A stretch of 64,000 nucleotides of DNA from Octopus sinensis (GCF_006345805.1 NC_043006.1:28272001-28336000); one strand, 5' to 3'. Positions 50,801-60,080 are shown, numbered from the stretch's first letter. Notes: generated from the letters alone by a model not told the origin. Numbers and translations are program-made.

Positions 50801-53800
50801 AAGGAGCAGACATAAAAACAATTATGATGATGATGATTAATAATAAGAAAGTTTGATATTTTACTAAATCCTATTTTCATGTTTCAAAATTAATTAAAGC
50901 CCATAGGAAATGTATTTTGTTGTAAATATAGCCATGAAAGGGTTAAGATACTTTCTACACACAAATCTCTTATTTCAAAAATAACTCTCACTGAAATCTT
51001 ATTGCTTGGATTTTTGTTTTTCAGTATGGCACCAAACACATCATCCAAGAACTTGAAAAATATGGGCACAATATCAATGTGGTGCATATGTGTGGAGGTC
51101 TGAGGAATAATTCCTTGCTAGTGCAAACCTTTGCAGATGTTGTTGGTAAGTTTGCACACCACATTTGGCACCTCTTATGTCCAATTTTTCTCTCAACACA
51201 TTTGTACTTTATCGTGTATGCATGCTGACATTGCACATCTAGCAGGGCATGCTAGCTTCATTTCTTTCCAGTCTTCACATATCATCTGCATTTACAACCA
51301 TGTAGCATTAGGGTTCATAAACAAGCATGCCCTTCATTTCAAGAGATAAGCCTTTTGTTACCAAGAAAGTTAATTGCTCTCTGAACTTTCTCCAGCCAGT
51401 TCTTACTCTAGCAACTATACTCTCAGTATGTCCTCCTCCACTACTAATTACATCTCCTAGGTAACAGAAACTATCTGCTACCTCTGGGGATCTTCCTGGG
51501 CTTTCCAGAAAACCTATTTCCTATGCACTGTAAATGTTTATTTCACCTACACATCTGCCACAAACTAAGTCTGCATTCTCTGTTAATCTTCCTCTGATTC
51601 CACTGCACTTCTTAAGTGTCCACCGTTTGCACTGAGTACACTGTATGGAATTTATACCATTCCTCTTCCACATATCAGACTTTTATTTGAATGGATTAGC
51701 ATACTGTCTGTTTTCCTGCAAACTGGAACTTTTTTTATCTTTGCTAAGTTAACATTAAGACCCTTTGATGACAGGTTTTGCTTCGACACATGGAATTTTA
51801 GTTCTAATTCTGCTACAGCTTCAGGTGTAAGATCAAGATCATCATCATGGAAGAGTTCTTATGGGAAGCCAATCTTAAATTCCTTTGGTATGGCCTGGGG
51901 GACAATGATAAATAGGAGGGAACTGATAATCAAAACCCTGATGAACTACCTGCACACTAAATTCATCACTGAACTCATTGCTACTTTCACTTTACTGACA
52001 GCATCCCTGTACATGGCTTGAATGGCCCTCAAAAGCCATTCATCTACTCTTAGTTTCTGCAGGAGCCCTGTCAAAGGTTTTTCTCCAAGTCAACAAATGC
52101 CAAGTACAGTGGTTTATTTTTAATTAAATACTTCTAAAGTTGCTTTATAATAGGTAAAAGCACCAACCGATTGTGACCGTTTGTCAACCTGCTCTGGCCC
52201 CTGTGCCGGTGGCATGTAAAAAACACCCACTAAACTCACAGAGTGGTTGGCGTTAGGAAGAGCATCCAGCTGTAGAAACACTGCCAAATCAGACTGGAGC
52301 CTGGTGCAGCCTCCATGGCTTACCAGACCCTGGTCAAACTGTCCAACCCATGCTAGCATGGAAAACGGACGTTAAATGATGATCATTGTGATAATGAAAG
52401 CATTAATGGCACTTCCTCCTGACATGAATCCAAACTGCATCTCATCTACATTACTATTTTTTGTAATTGAACTATGACTCTTTCTGTGACTTTGATGAAC
52501 TGGTCCAGCAATTTGATACATCTGTAATTACTACTCTGTAAGGCATCTCCTTTACCTTTTTAAAGGCATCTCCTTTACCTCCGATGCTGCTATATCAGTT
52601 GCTGAGTATAATACTTTCCTGTATTATGTGATTGACTTTATGGATGACTAGGTTGTATCCCACTCTGCTAGATATTTGAAGTATCTTAGCAGTGATTCGT
52701 GATGGACTAAGGGCTTTCCCTTTCTTTATATCCTTAACTGTAACTGTCTATCACACTGGTGTCAATAAGAATGGCTGGGTCCTCTCCTGGGTTCATAGTA
52801 GGAAGACTGTCTTTCTTCCATTTATTTTTCACTTTGGCAAATGATGATAGTGATGATGATGATGGTGGTGGTGGTGGTGGCATTGTGGCAGCTGAAGCAA
52901 TGATGACAACAACAATGATGTATCCCTCATATAAAGAATGAGCTGATTTCTAGCAAAGTGACAAAGTTCTGTCACCCAGTGTTACCAATTTAGCATATTT
53001 TATGCTAGATCTAACAGTTTTTTTCAGCATTTAGCAGGGGAAATAGCAAGCTTAAAATTTTCTTTAGCATTTTTTAGCAATTTATTCTGATCATGACATT
53101 TCCAACATAGTTACCCCCTTTTTCTTCTTTTTACTCCTTTTCTACTTTCGTTAAAGTATCTTACAGCCAAATTTTAGTACTATTGGCTATTGTTGAATTT
53201 TTCTTTCACTTACATGAAACTTCAAATGAAAGTTATCCAAAGGAAATTTATCAAGTCATGAACTTTTCCAGCTCCCTCCCCACCACTTGGATACAGAGCG
53301 CTGCTTGGGGGGGGGGGAGATAATTCATGTCAGCACCTGAACTCACTACACAATAATGTAAATATGTTACAAAGAATGAAGGCATGGAAATTCGTCCTAA
53401 CAGTGCTTTATTCTGTAGTGATGAGTTTTTATCATGATAAGTTGACTGATTTACTTTCAGTTTGACTGTTTGAAAATAGGCCTGTGTTTTTTCATGCTAG
53501 CATAAGAATTGTTCACGACAAAATGAAAGAATTGTTAACAGCAAATGAAAGAATTGTTAGCTGCAAACTGATAAGTTGTATTTTCAATTTTATATTTTTA
53601 TTAATCATTCAATTTATTTCTTGCTTCCCACTACATTATAATGAGCAAAGAAAAAACAAAGTTGTACCAGTAAGAATTCCGAAAGGAATGGCTTAAGATG
53701 CCAGCATTTACTAAGTGGTTGTGTGAAGTCCCTAGTGACCAATCTAAAGCACATTGCAGAGATTGTAGATGGAATATGTTGGCAAAATATTCTCTTTTAG

Positions 53801-56800
53801 TAAGCCACTGTGAAGGAAAGAAACATAAGGCATCAACTCCACAGCAAATGATTCCTCTTACCAATTTTATTAAAGCCAAAAATGATAAGACATCTATGCT
53901 TGAAGCAAATTTAGCAATGTTTATTTGTTGCCATTCATCATTTGATAGCTGTGATCGCTTAATAGAGTTATGTAAGAATTATATGTCTGATAGTGATATT
54001 ATGTCCAAAGTGAAGTTGCATCATACAAAATGTGCAAATATTGTGAGAAATGTTGTAGCTCCATATTTTGATGGAGATTTGATTTCTGATATAAGAGATA
54101 GAAAATTTAGCCTTTTATTAGATGAATCCAAATGATATATTGATAAACAAGTTGTTAGGAATTGTCATCATATGTTACAGTGACACTCACAAAGAAGTGA
54201 TACATACATATCTCAATATGTGATGCAAATGGCATTGTAGGTGCCTTAAAAATTGAATTAGCGAAAAAGAAATTAGATATAAAAAATTTACTGGGTATAG
54301 GAACTGACAATGCTAGAGTAATGACAGGAGTCAACAATGGTGTTTTCCAGAAATAACTTGTGCTGAATGCTTGCCCATTAATTTAGAATTTTTAGTATCC
54401 GAAACCTATAAATGGTTCTCTCATTCTTCAACAAGACAAAGTGCCTACAAACAACTTTACCTTGCTATCAATGATAAAGAGCCTTTGAAGATTGTGAATT
54501 CTTGTACAACTAGGTGGCTGTCAACAGAATCAGCTGTAAATAGAATTTTAAGCCAATGATTTGAATTGCAAACTCACTTCCAAACTACAACTGCAAAAGA
54601 AAAATGCTTTACAGCACAAATGTTACTTGAAATGCCTTGTGATTCTAGGAATGAACTTTACCTTTTATTTGTGCATCCAATTTTAAAACATGTTCAGAAA
54701 GTGAATAAACTGTTTGAATCAAACACTGTCGACAAAACAAAATTACTTGAAGATCTTTCAAATTTGATCAAATCTGTTGCTAATATGATAGTGTTGCCAA
54801 CATGTAGAATTGATCTTCTTGATCCTGATGCTTCTATTGAAAAATTTCTGGATCCTAAACCAAATTTAGGCTACAGGTTTGAGAGAAAGATTATCAAGAA
54901 GACTAACAGCCACTGAAGAAAATAATATTCACAAAAGAGCACAACAAAGGCAGAGTAAAAATTACTCTGCCTTTATAAAGAGCTCAAGCACCATTTGCCA
55001 GAAAATATTAATATACTGAGAAATATCAAATGTTTTTCAGTAGAGAATATTTTGCAGCATTTCAAAGAGCCAATTTTACCTGTCTTAGAAGTAATGCATT
55101 TAAATGAAGAAAAAATTGCTTCAATTGAAATTCAGTTTAATAACATTCATTTAGTTAAATGGACAAATACATCTAATACTGAGGCATTCTGGCTGGAAGT
55201 CTTGGAATATAAAGATGCTACTGGAGGAAATCCTTTTAGAGATGTTGCAAATTTTGCCATTAATCTACTGACATTGCCAAACTCAACTGCAGAAGTTGAA
55301 TGGTTGTTCAGTAGTATGGGTGTAATCAAATCAAAATTGAAAAACAAAATGTATCTTCCATAGGAAGATCAATACTGTCTATAAGATATGGCAAATCTTT
55401 GAAAAATTTTGATATTCCAAAACACATAATTAACAAGATTGGGACCTTGAATGTATACAGAAGTCAAGACCTAGGCACTGCAGTTGAAAGTGATCAAATC
55501 AGCGAAATTCAAGAAATTATTTCTCAATGCTGAATATAATTAAAGAAAGTAAATAAAAATTAAGCATTAGCATTTTTTTGGTATTTTTCTACTGAAATTT
55601 AGCATAAAATTGTGATTTTAAGTTGGCAATACTGCTGTCACCAGAGAGTTAACCACCATGAAGGCAATGGCAAGTGATCAAGACCTTTGGCAATATACTA
55701 TGTTTGAGAAGACCTGCCAAGCCAAGTGAGATCGTAGCTGTGGCCAATGCCAGTGTCATGTAACTGGCTCTTTAAAAGCACCGTTCAAACATTGGGTGAT
55801 ATGCTGTCCTTGTGAAGACCTTTCGGGCCAAGTGAAATCACAATCATGGCTAAAGTCAGTGCCATCTAATTGGCACCCATGCTGGTGACACATAAAAAGC
55901 ACCATTCAAGTGTTGGGTCTCATGGAGGCAGGTGACAGACCTTTGGCGATATACCATGCAGTGTAGACCTGTCATGCCAAGTGAGACCATAGTTGTGGCC
56001 AGTGGTACGTAAAAACCACCCACTACACTTTTGGAATGGTTGGCATTAGGAAGGGCATCCAGCCGTAGAAGCCATGCCAAATCAGATTGGAACCTGGTGC
56101 ATCTCCCCGGCTTACCAGTTTTCAGTTAAACTGTCCAACCCTTGCCAGCATGGAAAACGGATGTTAAATGATGATGATGATGACAACATTGAACTGTTAC
56201 TAGTGAACTTTCTTTGGCTGAAAATGCCAGCCTTTCATGATTACTGCTTAAGACATTCACTAACATAACCTAATAGTTTGTATGCATGTGTGTTAGCTAT
56301 CACTTTATCATTGTTTCAAGGCAGCCAAGGAAGAATGGTTATTAGAAACTAGGAATTCTTATTCAACACAATTAATTACCAAGTGTTACAATTTCAAGAA
56401 CTAACAGTTTATCGAATTTTCTGAAACAAAGCAAAGAATTATTAAAATACATTCTTCTGACTGATACTAACAGTTCTTTGAGAAAAAGATGTTCATTAAA
56501 ATAATATGAATTATTTGTAATGTTCTTAAGTCTTTGACAGTAACATGTATCTTTTTTGTGCAGGAATACCATTTGTTCTTCCTGATATGGATGAATCAGT
56601 GTTGCTAGGAGCAGCTATTCTTGGTGCATTTGCCAGTGGAAATTACTCTAGCATTCAGGTTAGTGACCAAGTAGTTTGTTAAAAATCTACTTATAGATTG
56701 TTGTCATTTGAAGCCATACTGATGTGTGATTATTCTTGAATATTTATATGCTTCTGTAACTTATGTACCCTGATGAAATACAGATCTTTCACCAGTTCCG

Positions 56801-59800
56801 GAGTCACTTATCTGTCTTAACATATATTGAAATATTTTGTCAAAAAAAGAAAAGAAATGTTCCTATTTGCTATATTTAGTAACTAGCACCCATGCTGGTG
56901 ATACATAAAAAATACCCATTACACTCTTGGAGTGGTTAGTGTTAGGAAGTGCATTCAGCCAAAACCATGCCAAATCAGACTGGAACCTAGTGCAGCTCTC
57001 CAGTCAAATTGTCTAGCCCATGCTAACATGGAAAGCAGATGCTAAATGATGATGATGATGATAATTCTCAATCACTAATCTTAGGGAAGTTTCAAAAAAT
57101 CAATTGGAAGAGGAATTTACATGAAGATGAAAATGAAATCCCATCATGAACTGCACCACATGTTCTGAAGTCTAAGAATACATATCGGGGATTAGTCTCC
57201 AATATGTAACACATGCTGGAGGTTAGCCACATTATGATATATGTGAGAGGATGGTCTCTGTAATGCATGTAAGAAGTTGGTCTCTTTCTACAATACAAGT
57301 GGGAAATTGGTCTGTGTGGCTCAGTAGTTAGATCATCAGGCTCACAACCATAAGGTAGTGAGTTTGATTCCTGGACTGGGCTGCATGTTGTGTTCTTGAG
57401 CAAGACTTTATTTCATGTTGCTCCAGTTCACTCAGCTGTAGAAATGAGTTGCGGTGCCACTGGTGCCAAGCTGTATTGACCTTTGCCTTTCCCTTGGATA
57501 ACCTCAGTGGTGTGGAGAGGGGAGGCTGGTATGCATGGGTGACTGCTGGTCTTCTATAAAAACAACTTTGCTCAAACTTGTGCCTCAATAGGAACTTTCT
57601 AAGTGCAGTCCTATGGTCATTCATGGCCAAAAGAGGTCTTTACCCTAATACATGTGGGCAATTAGTTTGTCTATAATACATGTGGGAGATTAGTTTCCTT
57701 GATATATATATGTGGGAAGTTGGTCTCTATAATATGTGAGACAGTGATCTCTCTATAATACATACACATGTAAGAGGCTGGTTTTTATTGTACATGCGGA
57801 AGGTTTGTCTTACTACAATACATGTAGGAGGTTCGTTTCTGTAATACACACAAAAGGTTGGTCTTGCTAGTTATACTGATCAGCAGATGAAGTGTTTGGA
57901 AGAAGAAAGAAGAAACTCAAAGACAGTGAGGGAATAAAAAGGAGGAGGAGGAGGAGGTAGAAAAGAAGACTGCTGCTCCTGCTGAAGGTGGTGTTGTGTT
58001 AAAATAGTAAATCTCTTTTAGAAACTAGATGAAAAGAAAAAAAATCTTTTATCATTTTTCTTGACCAGTTTAACTAGTTTGTATACACTATATACTACCA
58101 ATATGTGGAGGCACAATGGCCCAGTGGTTAGGGCAGTGGACTCGTGGTTTCAATTCCCAGACCGAGCGTTGTGAGAATTTATTGAGCGAAAACACCTAAA
58201 GCTCCACAAGGCTCCGGCAGGGGGTGGTGGCGATCCCTGCTGTACTCTTTCGCCACAACTTTCTCTCACTCTTGTATAACACTCGTCATTTGAAGGCTAA
58301 AACAATGCGAAGTACATTGTGACCAGCGATGTGTAGCAACATCTGATAGCCTGGTCGGTCATGGTGATCACGGTGATATACTACCAATATATCCATGGAT
58401 AGAAGATGGGTATTGTTCCTCTGACTAAGTTTCAAGACCAGCAACTAGTCTCATCAATCTCATTTTTTTCTGTCCATAGAAAGACAAAAACCCGTGGTGT
58501 AACTATTTAGTTTACTTTTGACACTGAGGCTAAAATTATTTGCATAGTATAAAAAAGTAAAGCTTACATTTTGTTTTAAATTATTAATAGTTATTTTTTG
58601 TCAGAAAATAAACATTTATAATAATATGAGTCATCGATTTGACTTCATAACCAATTTAACTTTTATTTCAATAACAGGAAGCTATGGAAGCAATGGGTGG
58701 AGAAGGCTCTGTTGTCATGCCAAATAAACAGGACTTCAGGTAATTTTTATAAAATTTATACATCTTTATATATAAAAGAGAGGTTGTGTGTCTGTCTCCT
58801 ACGATTTAGATTCCTAACTACTCCCACATTTTGTGGTGCAGTTTAACCAAAACCGGGTATCTTATAGTTGTGATCCATATCGAGCCCTTCTGGGTATTAG
58901 CACGCGTCTACGATAAGTCTATGATTTAAAAAAAATTTACCATCATTTTTTTCCATTTTAATGCATTTTTTCGCTATTATATCAGGGAAGTAACTCTCTA
59001 AAAATGTCTACGATGAGTCAACGATTTAAAAAAGAATTTACCATCATTTTTTTCCATTTTTTTGCTATAACTCTCTAAAAATGCTTATATAGTTATTTCC
59101 CTTACAAACCCGAGCAACGCCGGGTGATACTGCTAGTTAATAAAATAAATAAAATAAAAATTCCCAGCTATACAGACACTGAACCTCCTGAAAACTGTGA
59201 AGAGGTATATTCTGCTTACCTCCATCTATGTCATTAATATTCACTTAAGTGATAGAATGAAGGAGAGGTAGAGTGACAGACTCCCATAACTTTGGTTTTC
59301 TCCCTCTGGCTTCATGCTTTTGCTTGATGGGGCTAGGATCATTCCAAGTTAGTGGTCCCAGAGGTGTCCCCATGCATAGAGCCGACCAGTTCCACCAGAG
59401 CTCACCATCACTGGTGGTTTTGTGCCAGTCCTTCTGCATCCTCCAAAGTGACATTTAACCTCATGTCCAGCCAGCTGCTGCACTGAATGAGAGTAAAGCC
59501 TTAGTAAGATGATCTAGTGGGAGATGTAGGACATGTCCATACCATCACATGCAACAGATGACTATGAGGTAGGAGGCTGTGGGCTGATGTGTGTGTACAC
59601 GCAGTTCTTTATTGGGAATGTGATGGCTCAGTTCTTTGTTGGCACCATGGTGGTTCCATCTAATGTTCTCAATAGTTCTCTGGGCTCTGCTATCAAAACC
59701 ATTGATTCTCTTTGTCAGAGTCTTCAAGAGGGCCACATTTTTGCTCCATAGAGACCAATGCATTGTAGACTCATTTATCACCACTACTCAGGCCCCTGAT

Positions 59801-59985
59801 TGAATATAGTGAAATTGTTATTGTTTAGCTGCTTGTCAAAGGCATATATACATTAAGTATGATACATAGATGGTTATATTAATTTGCTAATGTTTCTGTG
59901 TTTCAGTTACCATGAAAAGAAGTACAGAGTATTTCTCCAGATGTTAGATGATCAGAAAGCTTACCAAACCATAATGGAATCATAG
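10110..59985 (+). CDS. FGGY: FGGY carbohydrate kinase domain-containing protein (D-ribulokinase type), spliced CDS of 15 coding exons, 549 aa
   Basis: join(10110-10292,12336-12453,14342-14493,15582-15667,23732-23859,24613-24744,27516-27607,29165-29272,32399-32460,47181-47337,49641-49715,51025-51145,56564-56658,58678-58739,59907-59985). All introns GT-AG, phases compatible, 1650 nt with no internal stop. Family motifs: [100 protein letters not shown]. Confidence 0.97.
12026..12248. mobile_element. piggyBac-like MITE (second family)
   Basis: TTAA flanks, degenerate CCCTTT/AAAGGG ends; homologous to the 12499-13103 copy. Confidence 0.65.
12336..12453 (+). CDS. FGGY: FGGY coding exon 2 ([40 protein letters not shown])
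   Basis: tttag| acceptor, CAG|GTCAGT donor, [10 protein letters not shown] motif. Confidence 0.96.
12499..13103. mobile_element. piggyBac-like MITE with a nested foldback MITE
   Basis: TTAA|CCCTTT...AAAGGG|TTAA; internal insertion approx. 12752-13052. Confidence 0.7.
12752..13052. mobile_element. Palindromic (foldback) MITE
   Basis: caattgcagcgtggaaggtgtttgtaagccatttaagaaacac is repeated inverted, ending near 12992; inner arms also invert; a related partial copy at approx. 18295-18550 supplies the missing outer left arm. Confidence 0.8.
13665..14310 (+). repeat. Two tandem diverged copies of an about 200-bp interspersed repeat with (CA)n
   Basis: aataaatccagacaatttttt...gaaagaactgaacagctgtatagatgtaaa...cagatacacaggcacac occurs near 13680 and again near 13890. 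Confidence 0.7.
14342..14493 (+). CDS. FGGY: FGGY coding exon 3 ([17 protein letters not shown]...[12 protein letters not shown])
   Basis: ttttcag| acceptor, GAG|GTAAGA donor, [10 protein letters not shown] motif. Confidence 0.97.
14755..14897. repeat. Compound pentanucleotide microsatellite (GTGTT)n/(ATATT)n
   Basis: Directly visible. Confidence 0.95.
15582..15667 (+). CDS. FGGY: FGGY coding exon 4 ([29 protein letters not shown])
   Basis: ttttctag| acceptor, TAG|GTATGT donor, [12 protein letters not shown] motif. Confidence 0.96.
16189..16561 (-). mobile_element. Non-autonomous Helitron, family H1 (most complete copy)
   Basis: On the minus strand A|TCTCTATA ... 39-bp hairpin ... CTAG|T. 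Confidence 0.85.
16631..16785. repeat. Degenerate 11-bp minisatellite (consensus about CAGTGTTGTAT)
   Basis: Repeated cagtgtt/gtgttgtatca variants. Confidence 0.7.
16890..17735 (+). mobile_element. Degenerate hAT transposase fragment (Charlie/Buster, ZBED5-like)
   Basis: Frameshifted translation: [19 protein letters not shown]...[16 protein letters not shown]...[13 protein letters not shown]...EHYFP...YNWVKD...[18 protein letters not shown]. Confidence 0.8.
19735..20434 (-). mobile_element. 5'-truncated, young CR1-clade LINE
   Basis: Intact ORF2 C-terminus (VKDLGILVD...[12 protein letters not shown]...[11 protein letters not shown]...[23 protein letters not shown]...WNKLP), 3' UTR, (TAAC)n tail, (TA)n on both flanks. 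Confidence 0.92.
20444..21560 (+). mobile_element. Internally deleted hAT element (C-terminal dimerisation domain)
   Basis: ORF 20752-21219 contains [15 protein letters not shown]...[19 protein letters not shown]; upstream [10 protein letters not shown]; GTTAA-rich subterminal-like block at 20461-20600; right TIR not found. Confidence 0.8.
22017..23105 (+). mobile_element. VNTR-containing retroposon, longest copy
   Basis: About 480-bp unit duplicated in tandem, 29-bp and 60-bp sub-repeats, conserved 3' end with (GAT)n tail. Confidence 0.85.
23732..23859 (+). CDS. FGGY: FGGY coding exon 5 ([11 protein letters not shown]...NDFAKIG)
   Basis: gtttctag| acceptor, TTG|GTAAGG donor, [11 protein letters not shown] motif. 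Confidence 0.96.
24613..24744 (+). CDS. FGGY: FGGY coding exon 6 ([10 protein letters not shown]...[11 protein letters not shown])
   Basis: ataacag| acceptor, TTG|GTAAGA donor, IDAHAG motif. Confidence 0.96.
24890..25996 (-). mobile_element. Degenerate mariner transposon (5' end + most of the transposase)
   Basis: [16 protein letters not shown]...HTH; [10 protein letters not shown] (WVPHEL-like); [12 protein letters not shown] and APSDYHLF catalytic motifs; one TIR-like end tgggtcatcccataaataatgcag. Confidence 0.9.
26647..27043 (+). mobile_element. Full-length tRNA-derived CORE-like SINE with internal (TA)n/(TG)n
   Basis: ggcgcaggagtggctgtgtggtaag...gggttcagtccc head, ccttgggcaagtgtctt CORE-like block. 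Other copies approx. 18830-19100, 47720-48130, 48135-48400(-), 48950-49110(-), 61675-62080. Confidence 0.85.
27516..27607 (+). CDS. FGGY: FGGY coding exon 7 ([30 protein letters not shown])
   Basis: Long pyrimidine tract + ttcag|, GTG|GTATTG donor, GTSxCH motif. Confidence 0.93.
27808..28200 (+). mobile_element. tRNA-derived SINE (third family)
   Basis: ggaggcgcaatggcctaatgattagggc...ggtttcgattcccagacc head; second copy at approx. 58106-58275. Confidence 0.75.
28750..29010 (+). mobile_element. Degenerate Tx1/L1-like RT fragment
   Basis: [11 protein letters not shown]...[10 protein letters not shown] (YADD-derived)...[11 protein letters not shown]. Confidence 0.55.
29165..29272 (+). CDS. FGGY: FGGY coding exon 8 ([36 protein letters not shown])
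   Basis: ctctaaag| acceptor, CTG|GTATGT donor, FVPGVWGPY and EGGQS motifs. Confidence 0.96.
30070..30700 (-). mobile_element. Degenerate R4/Dong-like LINE fragment
   Basis: [15 protein letters not shown]...[15 protein letters not shown]...[10 protein letters not shown]...LHW...[11 protein letters not shown]...VQKIVL; adjacent (ATT)n. Confidence 0.8.
30843..30925. repeat. (TCC)n(TTC)n microsatellite
   Basis: Directly visible. Confidence 0.95.
31225..31725 (+). mobile_element. VNTR-containing retroposon with four near-identical 60-bp units
   Basis: aaacaccatccgagcgtggccgttcgccagcctcgtctggcacctgtgtcggtggcacata x4, then the conserved 3' end and (GAT)n. Confidence 0.9.
32399..32460 (+). CDS. 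FGGY: FGGY coding exon 9 ([21 protein letters not shown])
   Basis: ttttctag| acceptor, GAG|GTAAGG donor, DHxVxxHAAFP motif. Confidence 0.93.
32475..32610. repeat. Compound (TATG)n/(TG)n/(CATA)n microsatellite
   Basis: Directly visible, starting 14 nt after the exon 9 donor. Confidence 0.95.
35368..36755 (+). mobile_element. Degenerate Tc1/mariner-superfamily transposon with TIRs and TA TSD
   Basis: TA|CAGGGTATTTAGGCTAAATTTGA ... TCAAATTTTAGCACAGACACCCTG|TA; decayed transposase ([31 protein letters not shown]...[12 protein letters not shown]...GLRLN). Confidence 0.8.
35838..36267 (-). mobile_element. Helitron-like non-autonomous insertion (family H2)
   Basis: Inserted between A and T of the mariner ORF; 5' TCTATATAAAA, internal (CA)n, CpG retained; 3' end is not a canonical CTRR. 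Confidence 0.55.
36840..37400 (-). mobile_element. Tx1/L1-like LINE C-terminal fragment
   Basis: TVLHALVQ (zinc-knuckle remnant)...LWSYVEQL...[20 protein letters not shown]...[14 protein letters not shown]. Confidence 0.6.
38008..38220 (+). mobile_element. R4/Dong-like LINE 3' end
   Basis: [21 protein letters not shown], 3' UTR, (AAT)n tail; CpG intact. Confidence 0.75.
39092..39679 (+). CDS. Uncharacterised 195-aa ORF nested in FGGY intron 9 (candidate orphan gene)
   Basis: Uninterrupted non-repetitive ORF; ttttatttag|AAAATG context; AATAAA at 39896-39901; lies in a CpG-retaining island; no transposase or RT motif recognised. Confidence 0.55.
   Translation: MNRSLHGDEPSKHPSKSNLTQREANYLYPSNLPGTVLNDDEIGQEADHSHQQRCSDMNLDSRNKRPKIESQYSNMDVIEIPFPFLQRGAKLKLQKPILKKNMLVYPLLYISVPFRGSERPENVRIQRPRHRKKSTTEKTLRSFRSRFYAGLRRFYSSFISCVTDNFTLDDLDSTQDVSDSKRRRDYRSSNLRHRY
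40430..40830 (+). mobile_element. Old CR1-like LINE 3' fragment
   Basis: [18 protein letters not shown]...TASFK; 3' UTR similar to the 60395-61020 copy (agttgtggtgca...gcatgtatacaat). Confidence 0.7.
42945..43240 (+). mobile_element. Two tandem tRNA-derived SINE 5' halves (fourth family)
   Basis: ggcgcgt..cttagtggttagggtgttgga...ttcctggac...gttgtgttcttgagcaa twice; longer copy at 57313-57645. Confidence 0.75.
43815..44290. repeat. Long (TAGG)n tetranucleotide microsatellite
   Basis: About 475 bp, only a few interruptions. Confidence 0.98.
44291..44875 (+). repeat. (GT)n/(GTAT)n/(GTAC)n compound microsatellite running into a CORE-like SINE 3' body
   Basis: Visible repeats; 44700-44875 matches the SINE 3' half; a non-repeat insert at approx. 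44478-44572. Confidence 0.85.
45530..46330 (+). mobile_element. Degenerate CR1/L2-group LINE fragment split by a SINE
   Basis: [19 protein letters not shown]...WS...[43 protein letters not shown]. Confidence 0.8.
45782..45996 (-). mobile_element. S1 SINE with 17-bp target-site duplication
   Basis: ACTATACTAAGAAGATT at 45765-45781 and 45997-46013. Confidence 0.92.
47181..47337 (+). CDS. FGGY: FGGY coding exon 10 ([10 protein letters not shown]...[22 protein letters not shown])
   Basis: tttttgtag| acceptor, ATG|GTATGT donor, [13 protein letters not shown] motif. Confidence 0.97.
49641..49715 (+). CDS. FGGY: FGGY coding exon 11 ([25 protein letters not shown])
   Basis: atttacag| acceptor, GCT|GTGAGT donor, YLATVQALA motif. 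Confidence 0.95.
49938..50275 (-). mobile_element. Non-autonomous Helitron, family H1, hairpin-less copy
   Basis: Same body as 16189-16561; ends at the first CTAG. Confidence 0.85.
51025..51145 (+). CDS. FGGY: FGGY coding exon 12 ([41 protein letters not shown])
   Basis: ttttcag| acceptor, TTG|GTAAGT donor, YGTxHII and CGGL motifs. Confidence 0.96.
51310..52745 (-). mobile_element. Degenerate RTE-X-like LINE (RT core + Cys-rich insert), interrupted by a VNTR retroposon
   Basis: KKGKA...[13 protein letters not shown]...QFGFM...DLEKTFDR...YRDA.SKV...QG...PLLFIIV...FHDDDL...C.ICRKG...CTQCKRW...KCSGI...CGRC...FCYLGD...WRKF. Confidence 0.8.
52977..55634 (+). mobile_element. Near full-length, inactivated hAT transposon
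   Basis: 15-bp imperfect TIRs (CAGTGTTACCAATTT / reverse complement CAGTATTGCCAACTT), perfect 8-bp TSD CTGTCACC; transposase remnants from ATG 53641 with a zinc finger (CRDC...H...KKH), [32 protein letters not shown]; multiple stops and frameshifts. Confidence 0.95.
56564..56658 (+). CDS. FGGY: FGGY coding exon 13 ([31 protein letters not shown])
   Basis: tttgtgcag| acceptor, CAG|GTTAGT donor, [12 protein letters not shown] motif. Confidence 0.96.
57175..57870. repeat. Degenerate about 28-30-bp minisatellite interrupted by a SINE (57313-57645)
   Basis: taatacatgtgggaggttggtctct-like units on both sides of the SINE. Confidence 0.65.
58678..58739 (+). CDS. FGGY: FGGY coding exon 14 ([21 protein letters not shown])
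   Basis: ataacag| acceptor, CAG|GTAATT donor, phase fits both neighbours. Confidence 0.92.
58763..59136 (+). mobile_element. Non-autonomous Helitron (family H3)
   Basis: A|TCTTTATATATA ... cccgagcaacgccggg hairpin ... CTAG|T; starts 24 nt after the exon 14 donor. Confidence 0.85.
59330..59800 (-). mobile_element. Degenerate RTE-like LINE 3' fragment
   Basis: [22 protein letters not shown]...NKELR...WYGHVL. Confidence 0.6.
59907..59985 (+). CDS. FGGY: FGGY last coding exon ([25 protein letters not shown])
   Basis: tgtttcag| acceptor, YHxKKYxVFLxM motif, TAG stop at 59983-59985. Confidence 0.95.
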
Positions 59986-60080
59986 AAAGAATATCCTAGA
60001 TACAAATATCTCTTACAATTTATAACAATTGTTCCAGGAATATTGAATTTCCAACCATTGATTTCTTTCACAAAATTTAT

